From the NCBI GenBank assembly GCA_018651725.1, contig JABIDK010000002.1:36904-100903 (forward strand): DNA of 64,000 bases, read 5' to 3'. The position numbers and the translations under genes are program-made. This DNA comes from Candidatus Falkowbacteria bacterium (GTDB taxonomy: Bacteria > Patescibacteriota > Patescibacteriia > JAACEG01). The notes beneath the pieces are model-generated. The model did not search any database and had not been told where the DNA came from. It worked only from the letters and a program-made list of their open reading frames with translations. This document shows, piece after piece, positions 1 to 9,341 of this stretch. Position 1 is the first letter of the stretch. Every line of letters starts with the position of its first letter.

Positions 1-1769
1 GGAAAAAGATCTTCTATTATATCTCGCAAAAATTCAACATCATAAATATACGCCCGATTATAATGCCGCATCAAAATTATATAGTTAGCTACATCGCTTG
101 GTCGCTCTTGTATTTGTTTAATCATTTCGTCTTTGGCTTTTAAAGCGGCTTCACGTCTAAAAAATTCATCCCCGTCTTTTTTATAGATCATTGTATCTAC
201 AAACTCAACAAATCTAGCGCGATACTCCTGATTGCCGTAGGTACCTTTGTCTAAGGCGCGTAAAAATAAGTTATAAGATGTTTCTAAACCAGCCTGACTT
301 TTATCAGCCACTTTCATGGCGCGAATTACATCCAAATTAGCTTGAGCCGGCTTTATATTAACTATATAAATTATCGGGATAATTAAAATTAAAAACACAA
401 TAAAGACTCCTTTAAAAACAGCTTTATTTTTTATTACTACAACCTCTTTGTCTAAAAAACTGACAAAAGACAACAAGAAAATAAGCGGAATATATGTGAC
501 AACATTATCAAAAACAAATAAATTTTGAGTAAAACAGGCAATAAAAAGAGAAATAAAAATTATAGCAACAATTTTTTCTTTGTCAGTCACACTATCTTGT
601 CTTTTAAACACTTTAAACAGCGCTCTTAACCGACTTTTTCTTCTTACTATTTTTTCTGTGAAAAAATAAACAGGATAAAAAATCATAAACAAATACGCAA
701 AAAGCCCAAAAAATCCACCGATAACAGCTTGGTCTAAAATAACATTGTGCGCTCGATCAAACCAAATCCTAGATCCCGCATCTTCGTAAATTCCCGGATT
801 AAAATGTTTATTAAAAACCAAGTAAAAATTTTCTTGCCCCCAGCCTAAAACCGGTTTTTCTTTAACACCTTGCCATGCCGAATTCCAGGTCATAAAACGC
901 GTCTCTGTTGTTCTGTCTGTTAAAGAAATATTAGTCATCCTACGAAGAGCCTCATTTTCCTGAACCCAACCAGCTTCTTTGTTAAAATAAGCTGTTAATC
1001 CAAATAAAACCGCTACTAATAAAACTCCGGTAAAAGCTTTTTTTGTCTTTTGGCTGGTATTTGTAAAAAACACTGTTAAAAATCCTCCCAAAAACAAAGC
1101 AACAAGTAATCCAACAAAAGCGCCCCTAGTAGCGGTTTCGATAATAATGTAGATACCAAAAGCAATAAATACTCCGTAATACCATTTTAAAAATATTGTT
1201 TTTCTTTTAATAAATAAATAAATAGCAAAAAAAACATTAAAAAGAAGATAAGTTGCTAAAAAAGCAGGGTTACCAACTGTAGCTGACAATCTATTCTCTC
1301 CGGCATTTAAAATAAAATCCCAGTTCAGTCTCTGACCTAAAGCAAAAATAGCAACTATCAAGCTCCCAAAGACAGACACGTCAAAAAGCTTTAACCAATC
1401 ATCACGATTTTTCAAAACACTGGAAACTATAAAAAATAAGACAAAAAGATGGATCCAGGTCAACAAACCTTCACTTCTTTCAATATCCCCCCAAAAACTT
1501 AGATAAAAATTATCTCCGAAAAATGAGGAAATAAAAATAATAATTAAATAAGCCAAAAAACCAAGGCTCAAAACAGTCAAGCGCGGTCGATAGTTAGAGT
1601 TAATTGAAGCCAAAAGCAAAAAAGCAAGCAACATTATCTCAACTGTTATTCGGAAAATAAAAGCTTTAGTAAAAATAAAAGGAAAGAAAAAATGACTATT
1701 CATCATAATCGGCACAAAAGCCACGGTCCCAATCCCTAAATAAATTATAAATTTTAAAAATTTTTCCAT
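1..1769 (-). CDS. O-antigen ligase (Wzy_C)-family membrane protein, runs off the window edge
   Basis: Not in the ORF track. ATG at 1769 reads MEKFLKFIIYLGIGTVAFVP...; the frame contains TVGNPAFLATYL, ATRGAFVGL, GWGQENF and WFDRAHNVILDQ motifs typical of O-antigen ligase-like proteins. Confidence 0.8.
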   Translation of the reverse strand, partial: MEKFLKFIIYLGIGTVAFVPIMMNSHFFFPFIFTKAFIFRITVEIMLLAFLLLASINSNYRPRLTVLSLGFLAYLIIIFISSFFGDNFYLSFWGDIERSEGLLTWIHLFVLFFIVSSVLKNRDDWLKLFDVSVFGSLIVAIFALGQRLNWDFILNAGENRLSATVGNPAFLATYLLFNVFFAIYLFIKRKTIFLKWYYGVFIAFGIYIIIETATRGAFVGLLVALFLGGFLTVFFTNTSQKTKKAFTGVLLVAVLFGLTAYFNKEAGWVQENEALRRMTNISLTDRTTETRFMTWNSAWQGVKEKPVLGWGQENFYLVFNKHFNPGIYEDAGSRIWFDRAHNVILDQAVIGGFFGLFAYLFMIFYPVYFFTEKIVRRKSRLRALFKVFKRQDSVTDKEKIVAIIFISLFIACFTQNLFVFDNVVTYIPLIFLLSFVSFLDKEVVVIKNKAVFKGVFIVFLILIIPIIYIVNIKPAQANLDVIRAMKVADKSQAGLETSYNLFLRALDKGTYGNQEYRARFVEFVDTMIYKKDGDEFFRREAALKAKDEMIKQIQERPSDVANYIILMRHYNRAYIYDVEFLRDIIEDLF

Positions 1770-1791
1770 AGAAAATTACCTCTTGTCAAAA

Positions 1792-2472
1792 TTATAATTC
1801 AATCTCCTGTACGAATAAAGTCCAATTTGGGTCTATTTTTTTAATTTTCTTTTCATACTCTTTTTTCTTTTCGATATTTCCTTTATCAGTAAAAAAATCA
1901 AATAAATAAGCGTAATAATTAATTTTGTCGCCAGGATTTTGACTAGCTCCCTCGAGCATTATTTCTTCAATTAAATTATCTTTTTCTTTTAGATCGTAAC
2001 GGTACAAATCAGCCAAACCCTCGCGATAGATAAAGCTTCGTGGGCTAAGATCCATTACTTTTTTATAGTATCCCTCTGCTTTATCATAATCTCGCATAAA
2101 ATGAAAATATAAATCAGCCAAATTGCCATAAGCTACTATTGGTTGCTCAACTAAAGAAACAGCGCTTCGCCAAGCACTTTCTGCGCCCTCATAATCTCTT
2201 AAAACTTTTTTAATAAGCCCAATCTGGATCCAATATGAATAAGGCTTATCGCTTTCGTTTAAAAACGTATATTGCTTATTTAAACTTTCGATCAATCTTT
2301 CAGCTTCTTCCTTATCCCCTTTAAAATCCGGAAAATCATCCACCGAATACTCTGCTTTGTCTTGATATGAGGTCTGATTATTGATATTTTCAGATTTTTC
2401 AAGCTGCCAAAAAACAAGTCCTAAAGCCAAAATTAAAAAAACCACAATTAAAATTATTATTTTTTTGTTCAT
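1792..2472 (-). CDS. Membrane-anchored tetratricopeptide-repeat protein
   Basis: N-terminal TM helix; TPR-like AYGNLADLY...YDKAEGYYKK. Confidence 0.7.
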   Translation of the reverse strand: MNKKIIILIVVFLILALGLVFWQLEKSENINNQTSYQDKAEYSVDDFPDFKGDKEEAERLIESLNKQYTFLNESDKPYSYWIQIGLIKKVLRDYEGAESAWRSAVSLVEQPIVAYGNLADLYFHFMRDYDKAEGYYKKVMDLSPRSFIYREGLADLYRYDLKEKDNLIEEIMLEGASQNPGDKINYYAYLFDFFTDKGNIEKKKEYEKKIKKIDPNWTLFVQEIEL

Positions 2473-2549
2473 AATTTTTGTTGTTGAGATAATATCTTTT
2501 ACAATACTTATAATACTAAACCCAAAAGCTTATGTCAACGCGATATTTA

Positions 2550-4193
2550 TTATTTTTTGTAAATTTTGAAGGCTATTTCTCCGTCGTTTCTATAAATATT
2601 ATGGACTTCAGTATTTTCTTCTATTAGTTGAGTTTCCAGTTGATTAGAAAATTTTTGGCGATGTTTTTCAGTGGTTAACGGCCCTTTGTCAGTTGCTTTA
2701 ATAAAATAGAACTCGCCTACTCCTTTTTGTGTTTTAATTAACTTAACAAATTCCTGGGCATTAAAAAATGGCAAATTATTATAAAATCTTCGTTTTTCGA
2801 AAAGCCAAATACCCGAGAACCAGTTAATGTTCGGGTCCCAAACAATAATCGGGTAAAACTTCTCACCGGTTTTATAGTCAAAAGAATTCTCTAATTTATA
2901 TTTTTGCAGTTTAGGGTCTTTTATTTTTAATTTTTTATAAAAATCAACTCTGTTAATAACGTTTTTATCTTTTAAAAGGTTATTTAAATATTTATCCAAG
3001 TTATTAATGCCATAGTCCTGATTCTTGATTGAAGCGTAGGCAATGTTCTCTTTACCAATCGGCTTTGTTAAAATTACTGAATTTATGGTAAAAAACGCTT
3101 GATAGATGATAAAAATAACTAAAATAAATAAAAATATTTTTTTTTTCATTATCGTGAAAAAAATAGCCAATAAAATCGCTAAAAATGGGGCAAATAACAC
3201 CAGAAATCTAAGCTCAGGGGTTATAAAAAAAGTAAAAAACAAAATTAAAGAAAAAATAGAGAGTAAAATAATTGCCTGCAAATTATGGAGTTGCTTTGTT
3301 GCTTTACTCCTTACAGCAACATATAAAAGCGCTAAAACAGCGATTCCTAAATAAACAAAAGACATTGTATTGCTCAAAGTGTTCCAAAGGCTTCCTAAAT
3401 TTCCCAAATAATCTTTACTTAAACTTCTATCTAAGCTCCAGGGGGAATCTTGGTGTAATAATCCTGCCCACTGCAAATCAAAGTGCCCCAGCTCCTTGTA
3501 CATCATTGCATTGTAAATTATAACCGGAGAAATGACTATTACTGCTATAAGAAAAGCTAAATACAGCTTCTTTTCCTTAAACAAAGTTCTTTTTTTAAGC
3601 AATAAAGAAAAAAATATAACTGGCAAAATAAACAGTGCGGTATATTTAGTAAGAAGCGTAAGGCCTAAGCTTAAGCCAAAAAAAGGCCAATATTTTTTAT
3701 CCTTTAAAAACTTACTGAAAAAATATAGTGTTAAAACAATAAAAAATACTACCCCTATCTCCAAATAAGTTATCTTGGAAAACCAAATAAAATATGGGTT
3801 TATTGTTAAAAATAAAGCCGAGAGAAGTGCGGTTTTATTGTTTATTTCCTGTTTAACCCATAAATAAACAATAAAAATCGTTAAAAGACTGAAAATCGCG
3901 GATGATAATTTAGCTAAAAACAAAGAGTTGCCAAAAATAAAGAAAATATGCTGTAGCCAAAAAATAAGTGGCGGATGATCGTGATTGGACAAATTGGCCC
4001 ACCAAGGAAATTCATCAAATAGCTGAAGTGGTGTGGGTTGCTCTTCAGCAAACATAAAATCAACAAGTCCAACTGACCGAACACTATAAATCGCATCATC
4101 CCCATACATTCCCCCGCTACTTAAATTAAAAAAAATCAAAAAACAAGCCAAAAACAGGATAAAAATAATTAAATTTTTTTTCAGAAAAACCAT
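2550..4193 (-). CDS. ArnT/PMT-family (GT-C) glycosyltransferase
   Basis: Multi-TM; DDAIY, DHPPL and TKYTA motifs. Confidence 0.8.
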   Translation of the reverse strand: MVFLKKNLIIFILFLACFLIFFNLSSGGMYGDDAIYSVRSVGLVDFMFAEEQPTPLQLFDEFPWWANLSNHDHPPLIFWLQHIFFIFGNSLFLAKLSSAIFSLLTIFIVYLWVKQEINNKTALLSALFLTINPYFIWFSKITYLEIGVVFFIVLTLYFFSKFLKDKKYWPFFGLSLGLTLLTKYTALFILPVIFFSLLLKKRTLFKEKKLYLAFLIAVIVISPVIIYNAMMYKELGHFDLQWAGLLHQDSPWSLDRSLSKDYLGNLGSLWNTLSNTMSFVYLGIAVLALLYVAVRSKATKQLHNLQAIILLSIFSLILFFTFFITPELRFLVLFAPFLAILLAIFFTIMKKKIFLFILVIFIIYQAFFTINSVILTKPIGKENIAYASIKNQDYGINNLDKYLNNLLKDKNVINRVDFYKKLKIKDPKLQKYKLENSFDYKTGEKFYPIIVWDPNINWFSGIWLFEKRRFYNNLPFFNAQEFVKLIKTQKGVGEFYFIKATDKGPLTTEKHRQKFSNQLETQLIEENTEVHNIYRNDGEIAFKIYKK

Positions 4194-4253
4194 AATTTAT
4201 TTAATATTCTAAAATCATTATAACAATCCATTTTGACAAAAACAACCCTAAAC

Positions 4254-4290
4254 AAAAATCCCCGGGGATTTCTCCCCGGGGATTTTTTAT
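4254..4290. terminator. Intrinsic terminator of the large surface-protein gene (bidirectional form)
   Basis: AAAAATCCCCGGGGA-tttc-TCCCCGGGGATTTTT hairpin with A/T tracts on both sides. Confidence 0.85.
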
Positions 4291-4338
4291 TCTCTATCAA
4301 TAAGTTGATATTGAATATTGGTTATAAGCTAAAATTAA

Positions 4339-7300
4339 TTAGCTAGAGTAACCGACTACATAAGCGCTAGGACTTGTTAGACCGTCAACGTAAAGACCGC
4401 CAAGCCATTGTGAACTACTTGTAGCATTATCGCCGTTAGTAGTAAGGCCGTCGTCTTTAACATTATCAGACCAGACAAAGTTTCTAGCTGTATTAACAGC
4501 GTCACCTGTACCAAGTGTGTGGCCAGTATCAGCTGTCATAGTCATACTAATGTAATCACCGGTATCAGCACCGGAAACAGTACCATAAACAGTAAATGTT
4601 CTTACACCACCAGCTGGAACTTCAATAGCTTCTTTAGCATCACCAACAGTAATGTCAGGATTGTTAAAGGTTGTAGTGTAAACACCAGCACCGGCTGTAA
4701 ATGTTGCATTAGTGGCAACAGATACAGTATTACCATCTTGGTCTTTAATAGACATAGCGGTAATATCAACACCAGTAGTAGTGGTAATATCGAAGTTTAC
4801 AGCGTAAAGTAATACTTCGTTTCCAGCATCAGCAGCAACTTTGAATTTAAACAAAGCAAGTGAACCAGCGGTTAAGCTAGAAGCAGCACCCATTGGGTCA
4901 GCTGATGTTGAATAAGTTACTGTTGGTTGAGATTCATGTAGAATCATTGCAGAACTAGTTGAACCTTGGTAGGTTTCGTTAGATCCTGTGATTTCTACAT
5001 TAGACTCATTACCGGTAGTTTTAATACCAGAGGCTCCACCAATACCGATTTTAACATCAGCAGAAGCAGTACCTGGAGCATTATCAGTATCAGCTTGAAT
5101 CTCACTAAAAGCAGCTTTAACGGTTAGAATTTTTTCTCCGCCAGCTGGAATAGTGATAGTTCCGGTAGTAATAACAAATTCGTAAGAACCGGTTGAAGGA
5201 ATACTGTGAGTTGCAATTTCAGTACTTCCGTCATAGATAGTAACGCTTAATATATCTTGATAGTTACCGGTTGCAGAACTTACTCCACCATCGGTTACAA
5301 ACAGTTTGATCTTGTCTAGATCTAAATCTTCATATTTAGCCTTTAGTCTGATTTTTGTCATTGTATTTCCGGTTGATCCGGTCATAACAAAACCAGCAGG
5401 CGGATTAGAAGAAGTAGAAATAGTCAAAGTTCCACTGGCAAGATAAGTAAGTGTTGCACCATCGTCAGCTGTTACAGTTGGAGTAACAGTGTCTCCAGTT
5501 GATTTTCCGTAAACTGTGATAGCAGCAGGACAAGTAATACCAAATTGAGATGTGTCAGTAGCAGTTGCGCTTGATTCAATGTCACCTCTTAATTGAATGG
5601 TGGCTTGAGTACCTTTAGTAATAACTAAAGCTTCAGAAAGCGCAAAAGTTGTAGTAGTTCCGTCATCATCACTACTTGGTTTATCTTGACCACTTGGTTC
5701 TAAGGCTACACCATCAGCATAAAGAGTCAGGTTAGTAGCGGCAGAAGAACTAGCAGCAATCGCGATAGATGTAAGTCTTACATCTTCACCGGAATCAGAC
5801 GCATCAAAGGTCCAAGAACCTAAGGTTACATCAGATGCTCCAATAATTATATTGGCGTTAGCCGGCAAAGTATCACGAGTAACAGTCAAAGAACCTGCTT
5901 TAACAGTTTGAGTGTTAGTATTAACAGCTGTAGAAGGAGAAGCGGTGATGTTCTCACCGGTTACAGTTCCTTCAGCAGTAACACCAGATCCGGCTGTAAT
6001 AGTAGCGTAAATAGTGTCGTCTGTTTCCCAACCGGCGTTAGACTCAAGGTCAACTCTTACTCTGTAAACATTGTCTCCAACAGGAGCTGTAAATGTATCA
6101 GAGAAAGAAACTGTTCCTGAGCTTGGATCGGTTGGTCCGGCAACTGTGTTACCGTTAGCATCGATAAGTTCAACGTTAGTCATGTTACTAGAACCAACGG
6201 TTGTAGAAGACAAAGTCATTGTAACAGCTGTAATATCGATTGGTTCACCTTTTACAGTGAATTGGAAAGCTCCGACGATTTGATCATCAGCTACTGAAAT
6301 ATCAGTTGCTCCAATAGTATTACTCTTAGAAACAGTCAAAGTACCGGTTGAAACGGTAAATAGATTGTCAGAAAGAACAGGGCTGTTTGCACTTGATCCT
6401 GTACTAGTGTAAGTTGGAGTAATGTTATAACCGTAGCTTAAACCAGTAACGATTAAGTCAGTGGCTTTGTAGATTCCCATATCAACTGTTCTAGCTGAAC
6501 CCTCAACTACATCGGCTTTAACTAAAAATTGACCGGTTGCTCCTTTATCAAGAGTAACAGCGTCAAAGTCAAAGCTAACATATTTTCCATCGGTAGTACC
6601 GTCTGCTAATTTAGTACCGTCTTGGAATAATTCAATACCAGTTAGATCGGTTCCAAGAGTAGCGCTTCCGCCTTGGTAAACTTTTACCTGGCTAAAAGAC
6701 ACCATCTCAGCAGATCCGGCTACTACTTTGAAAGAAAAGAAAGTGTAGTCTTCTTGTCCAACTTTAATTGAAGTTGAAGTAGCATTTCCGTAAGCTCCTC
6801 TTGAAACAGTAGCGCTGCCAATAGAAATAGTACCATTAGTAGTTTGATAGTTACCTGAGATTGGTAGATCACCTGTTACAGCAGCTCCACCACCTAAAGT
6901 AAGATCAGCTAAAGTCAAAATTGGAGTTTCACCAGCATAACTTGCTAAAGAAGAAGCCATGTTAGCGGCTAGAATAACTGATTTAGTTGTTCCAGCTGCA
7001 ACGGTAAAGTCTTTAGTGAAAGTTGCTTGATGTTGAGAATTCAAAGATTTGCTAGTAGTGTTAATCGGAAGACCGGTAGTACCATCAATAATGTCAATAC
7101 TAGTGAAAGCATTATCGTTAGCAAGACCTGTTCTTTGAACAACTAAAGTGTCAACGGTAACGTCTCCGTCAGCGCCGGCAGTTAAGTTAACTTTGGTAAA
7201 AGCGTAACGAGCAGCTCCACCAACTACAATACCTGAAGAAGGAGTATCAGCTGCAAGAGCAACTGTTAAACCAGTTCCGGCTGAACTTGAAGATCCTCCG

Positions 7301-7965
7301 GATACATTAGTAATAGTTGTTTCTTCTTCAGTAAGACCAGCACCGTCAGAGTAAGTAACAGCTGTAGTAACAGCAAACTCAGCTCTTAGGTTGTTAGTAG
7401 TCATACCGTCATCAGAAACAGCGCGTTTCACGCCACCTTCAATATAATAAACAGTATCAGAGCCATCGTACTTAACTAAAGCTCCGTCTGGATGAACGTC
7501 TGAATCAACAGCAGTTCCTTTGGTGTAGTTTACCCAAAATGATTCGTTAATATCAATAACTCTGGTAGCCCAATCAGCGCCATATAAAGCAATAGCACGA
7601 GCTTCAGAGTCAATGTGTTTTAGAACTCCACCTGGAGTAACTGCGTAAGTTTTTGGATCAGTATCAATTTTTACCAGTTTAGTACCAGGTCTAACGGTTA
7701 CGTTTCCTCCAATGTCAATAGCTGCTAGTTCCGCATCAGTAATGGTTTGAACTCCAGAGAAGTCTCCGTACCAAGACATATAAGTTGACTCAGTTGGAAA
7801 AACATATCTCTGTCCGTCAGAACCATAGTAATATACTGCTGCGCTGCTGGCTTTAATTAAATCACCGGCAGAAATTGTAGCGGCCATTGCAGGCATAATG
7901 GAAGCGATTCCCATTGACCAACATACTGTGGCAAAAACTACTGCAATAGTAAATAGTTTTTTCAT
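4339..7965 (-). CDS. Large secreted T/S/G/A-rich beta-strand surface (S-layer-like) protein
   Basis: Signal peptide; N-terminal GDLIKA..AVYY..DGQRYVFP repeat domain seen in CPR surface proteins; repeated Ig-like segments; strong GCT/GGT/ACT codon bias; own terminator. Confidence 0.75.
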   Translation of the reverse strand: MKKLFTIAVVFATVCWSMGIASIMPAMAATISAGDLIKASSAAVYYYGSDGQRYVFPTESTYMSWYGDFSGVQTITDAELAAIDIGGNVTVRPGTKLVKIDTDPKTYAVTPGGVLKHIDSEARAIALYGADWATRVIDINESFWVNYTKGTAVDSDVHPDGALVKYDGSDTVYYIEGGVKRAVSDDGMTTNNLRAEFAVTTAVTYSDGAGLTEEETTITNVSGGSSSSAGTGLTVALAADTPSSGIVVGGAARYAFTKVNLTAGADGDVTVDTLVVQRTGLANDNAFTSIDIIDGTTGLPINTTSKSLNSQHQATFTKDFTVAAGTTKSVILAANMASSLASYAGETPILTLADLTLGGGAAVTGDLPISGNYQTTNGTISIGSATVSRGAYGNATSTSIKVGQEDYTFFSFKVVAGSAEMVSFSQVKVYQGGSATLGTDLTGIELFQDGTKLADGTTDGKYVSFDFDAVTLDKGATGQFLVKADVVEGSARTVDMGIYKATDLIVTGLSYGYNITPTYTSTGSSANSPVLSDNLFTVSTGTLTVSKSNTIGATDISVADDQIVGAFQFTVKGEPIDITAVTMTLSSTTVGSSNMTNVELIDANGNTVAGPTDPSSGTVSFSDTFTAPVGDNVYRVRVDLESNAGWETDDTIYATITAGSGVTAEGTVTGENITASPSTAVNTNTQTVKAGSLTVTRDTLPANANIIIGASDVTLGSWTFDASDSGEDVRLTSIAIAASSSAATNLTLYADGVALEPSGQDKPSSDDDGTTTTFALSEALVITKGTQATIQLRGDIESSATATDTSQFGITCPAAITVYGKSTGDTVTPTVTADDGATLTYLASGTLTISTSSNPPAGFVMTGSTGNTMTKIRLKAKYEDLDLDKIKLFVTDGGVSSATGNYQDILSVTIYDGSTEIATHSIPSTGSYEFVITTGTITIPAGGEKILTVKAAFSEIQADTDNAPGTASADVKIGIGGASGIKTTGNESNVEITGSNETYQGSTSSAMILHESQPTVTYSTSADPMGAASSLTAGSLALFKFKVAADAGNEVLLYAVNFDITTTTGVDITAMSIKDQDGNTVSVATNATFTAGAGVYTTTFNNPDITVGDAKEAIEVPAGGVRTFTVYGTVSGADTGDYISMTMTADTGHTLGTGDAVNTARNFVWSDNVKDDGLTTNGDNATSSSQWLGGLYVDGLTSPSAYVVGYSS

Positions 7966-7989
7966 AAATTAATCTTTCTATATCGCTTA

Positions 7990-8095
7990 ATTTAGTGAGT
8001 CGGAAATGCAATGCATTTAAAATTCAACTAAATAAAACGAAAATTTTATTTAATTCGCATACCACCCTTTGGGTTCGACCTTTCCCGGTACGCGG
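7990..8095 (-). promoter_or_regulatory. Structured 5' leader of the surface-protein gene (two hairpins)
   Basis: CGCGUACC/GGUAUGCG stem enclosing ACCC-AAA-GGGU (8056-8093); second stem AUUUAGUUGA...UCACUAAAU with AAAUGCA/UGCAUUU (7990-8033). Confidence 0.5.
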
Positions 8096-8110
8096 GGATT
8101 AATAATTATT

Positions 8111-9190
8111 TTATTCTTCTGTACTGCTACTTGTCCCTGTGTCTTCTGTGCTTGTACCTTTAACCATTCCTGTGCTGAAAATCGTACTTGTTGGACTATT
8201 ATCATTATTTAAAAATAAATCTGTTGTAGTAGTGTTTTGACTTTCTTCTGTGATTATATCTATCGTGCTGGTTGAAGTTTCTTCCTTCCCTTCTATATCT
8301 TCATTAGAAGATGCTTGATCGATTATTTCCTTTGACTCTTTTACTTTTTGTAAAGCTGCTACAAACTGCATGTTTACTAACTCTTTTTTAGCTTCTTCTA
8401 ATTTAGCCAAAGCCTCTCCTCCGGCCTCTTCGGCCTCTTCGCTTGCTTCTTCTATTTTTTCATCTATTTTTTGAGCAATTCCTTGAATTTCTTTATTTTC
8501 ATCTTTCTCAACAATAACCTCTAAAGCGCTAAAATTAGCCTCACTTACTTCGTCCATTGCTTCTTTAATATCATTTTTAGCATTGTCACTGCTTTTATCT
8601 TGCACTTTATTCAAAACAAAGTGCATTTCACTGGTTTTATCTTCCATTTTTTGAGCCATTTTTAAAGCCTTTTCCGGATCATTTTGAGCTAAATGCATAT
8701 TTTCTTTAACTAATGTAAAGTCTTTGTGAAAATTCTCTAAAGCCTTTCTCATTTTTTCTTGATTATCGTTATTTTCTGCTAAAGCTATTCTATTTAACTC
8801 ACGAATTCTTTTATCAACCAACTCCAATTGAAGATCGGATTTTTTATCTTCATCAAAAATAAAGGCCATTTGTGCTTTTTCACCGCCTCTTTTTAGAAAA
8901 TACAACAAATCTCCAGGCAAACTACCATCTGCTTTAACTTTAAGAGCTCCTCCTCCTAAAATCAAAATTAAAATCAAAGCAAATGTTCCAACTGGACGCA
9001 TTATAAAATCCTGAAAAAATCCATTGGAAAATTTCAAAAAATAAAAAAATTCAGCCCCTTTACCCAGCTTCTGAGGAGTATCTTCGCTCATAACTTGAGC
9101 CAAAATATCCTCACGAGCTGAACTTTTCCACGCTGTGGAGGGCTGAATTCTATTCAAACTTTTCAGTTGTTGTAATAAATCTTTTTCCAT
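8111..9190 (-). CDS. DUF5667-domain protein, putative anti-sigma factor
   Basis: Single TM followed by SLPGDLLYFLKRGGEK motif and a helical domain; lies downstream of an ECF sigma. Confidence 0.75.
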   Translation of the reverse strand: MEKDLLQQLKSLNRIQPSTAWKSSAREDILAQVMSEDTPQKLGKGAEFFYFLKFSNGFFQDFIMRPVGTFALILILILGGGALKVKADGSLPGDLLYFLKRGGEKAQMAFIFDEDKKSDLQLELVDKRIRELNRIALAENNDNQEKMRKALENFHKDFTLVKENMHLAQNDPEKALKMAQKMEDKTSEMHFVLNKVQDKSSDNAKNDIKEAMDEVSEANFSALEVIVEKDENKEIQGIAQKIDEKIEEASEEAEEAGGEALAKLEEAKKELVNMQFVAALQKVKESKEIIDQASSNEDIEGKEETSTSTIDIITEESQNTTTTDLFLNNDNSPTSTIFSTGMVKGTSTEDTGTSSSTEE

Positions 9191-9266
9191 TTTTATATAA
9201 TTTTAGCCATTTTAACGCAAAATTTAATAAATTTCGTCTATATTTTTATCTATCTCTATAATAGAA

Positions 9267-9292
9267 GACGTAAAAAAACAAAAAGTGTTACA
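9267..9292 (-). promoter_or_regulatory. ECF-sigma-type promoter TGTAAC-N16-CGTC
   Basis: Minus strand TGTAAC-actttttgttttttta-CGTC, ~75 nt upstream of the DUF5667 ATG; matches the AAC/CGT ECF consensus with 16-nt spacing. Confidence 0.7.
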
Positions 9293-9341
9293 GTAAACAT
9301 CATACAAACATTTAAACAATTACAATATTGAGTAATAATTA

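Noticed and set aside
8056-8070. T-box-like AAGGGTGGTATGCG on the minus strand
   Set aside because: It lacks the ACC of UGGNACC, has no room for stem I, and the downstream gene is not amino-acid related.
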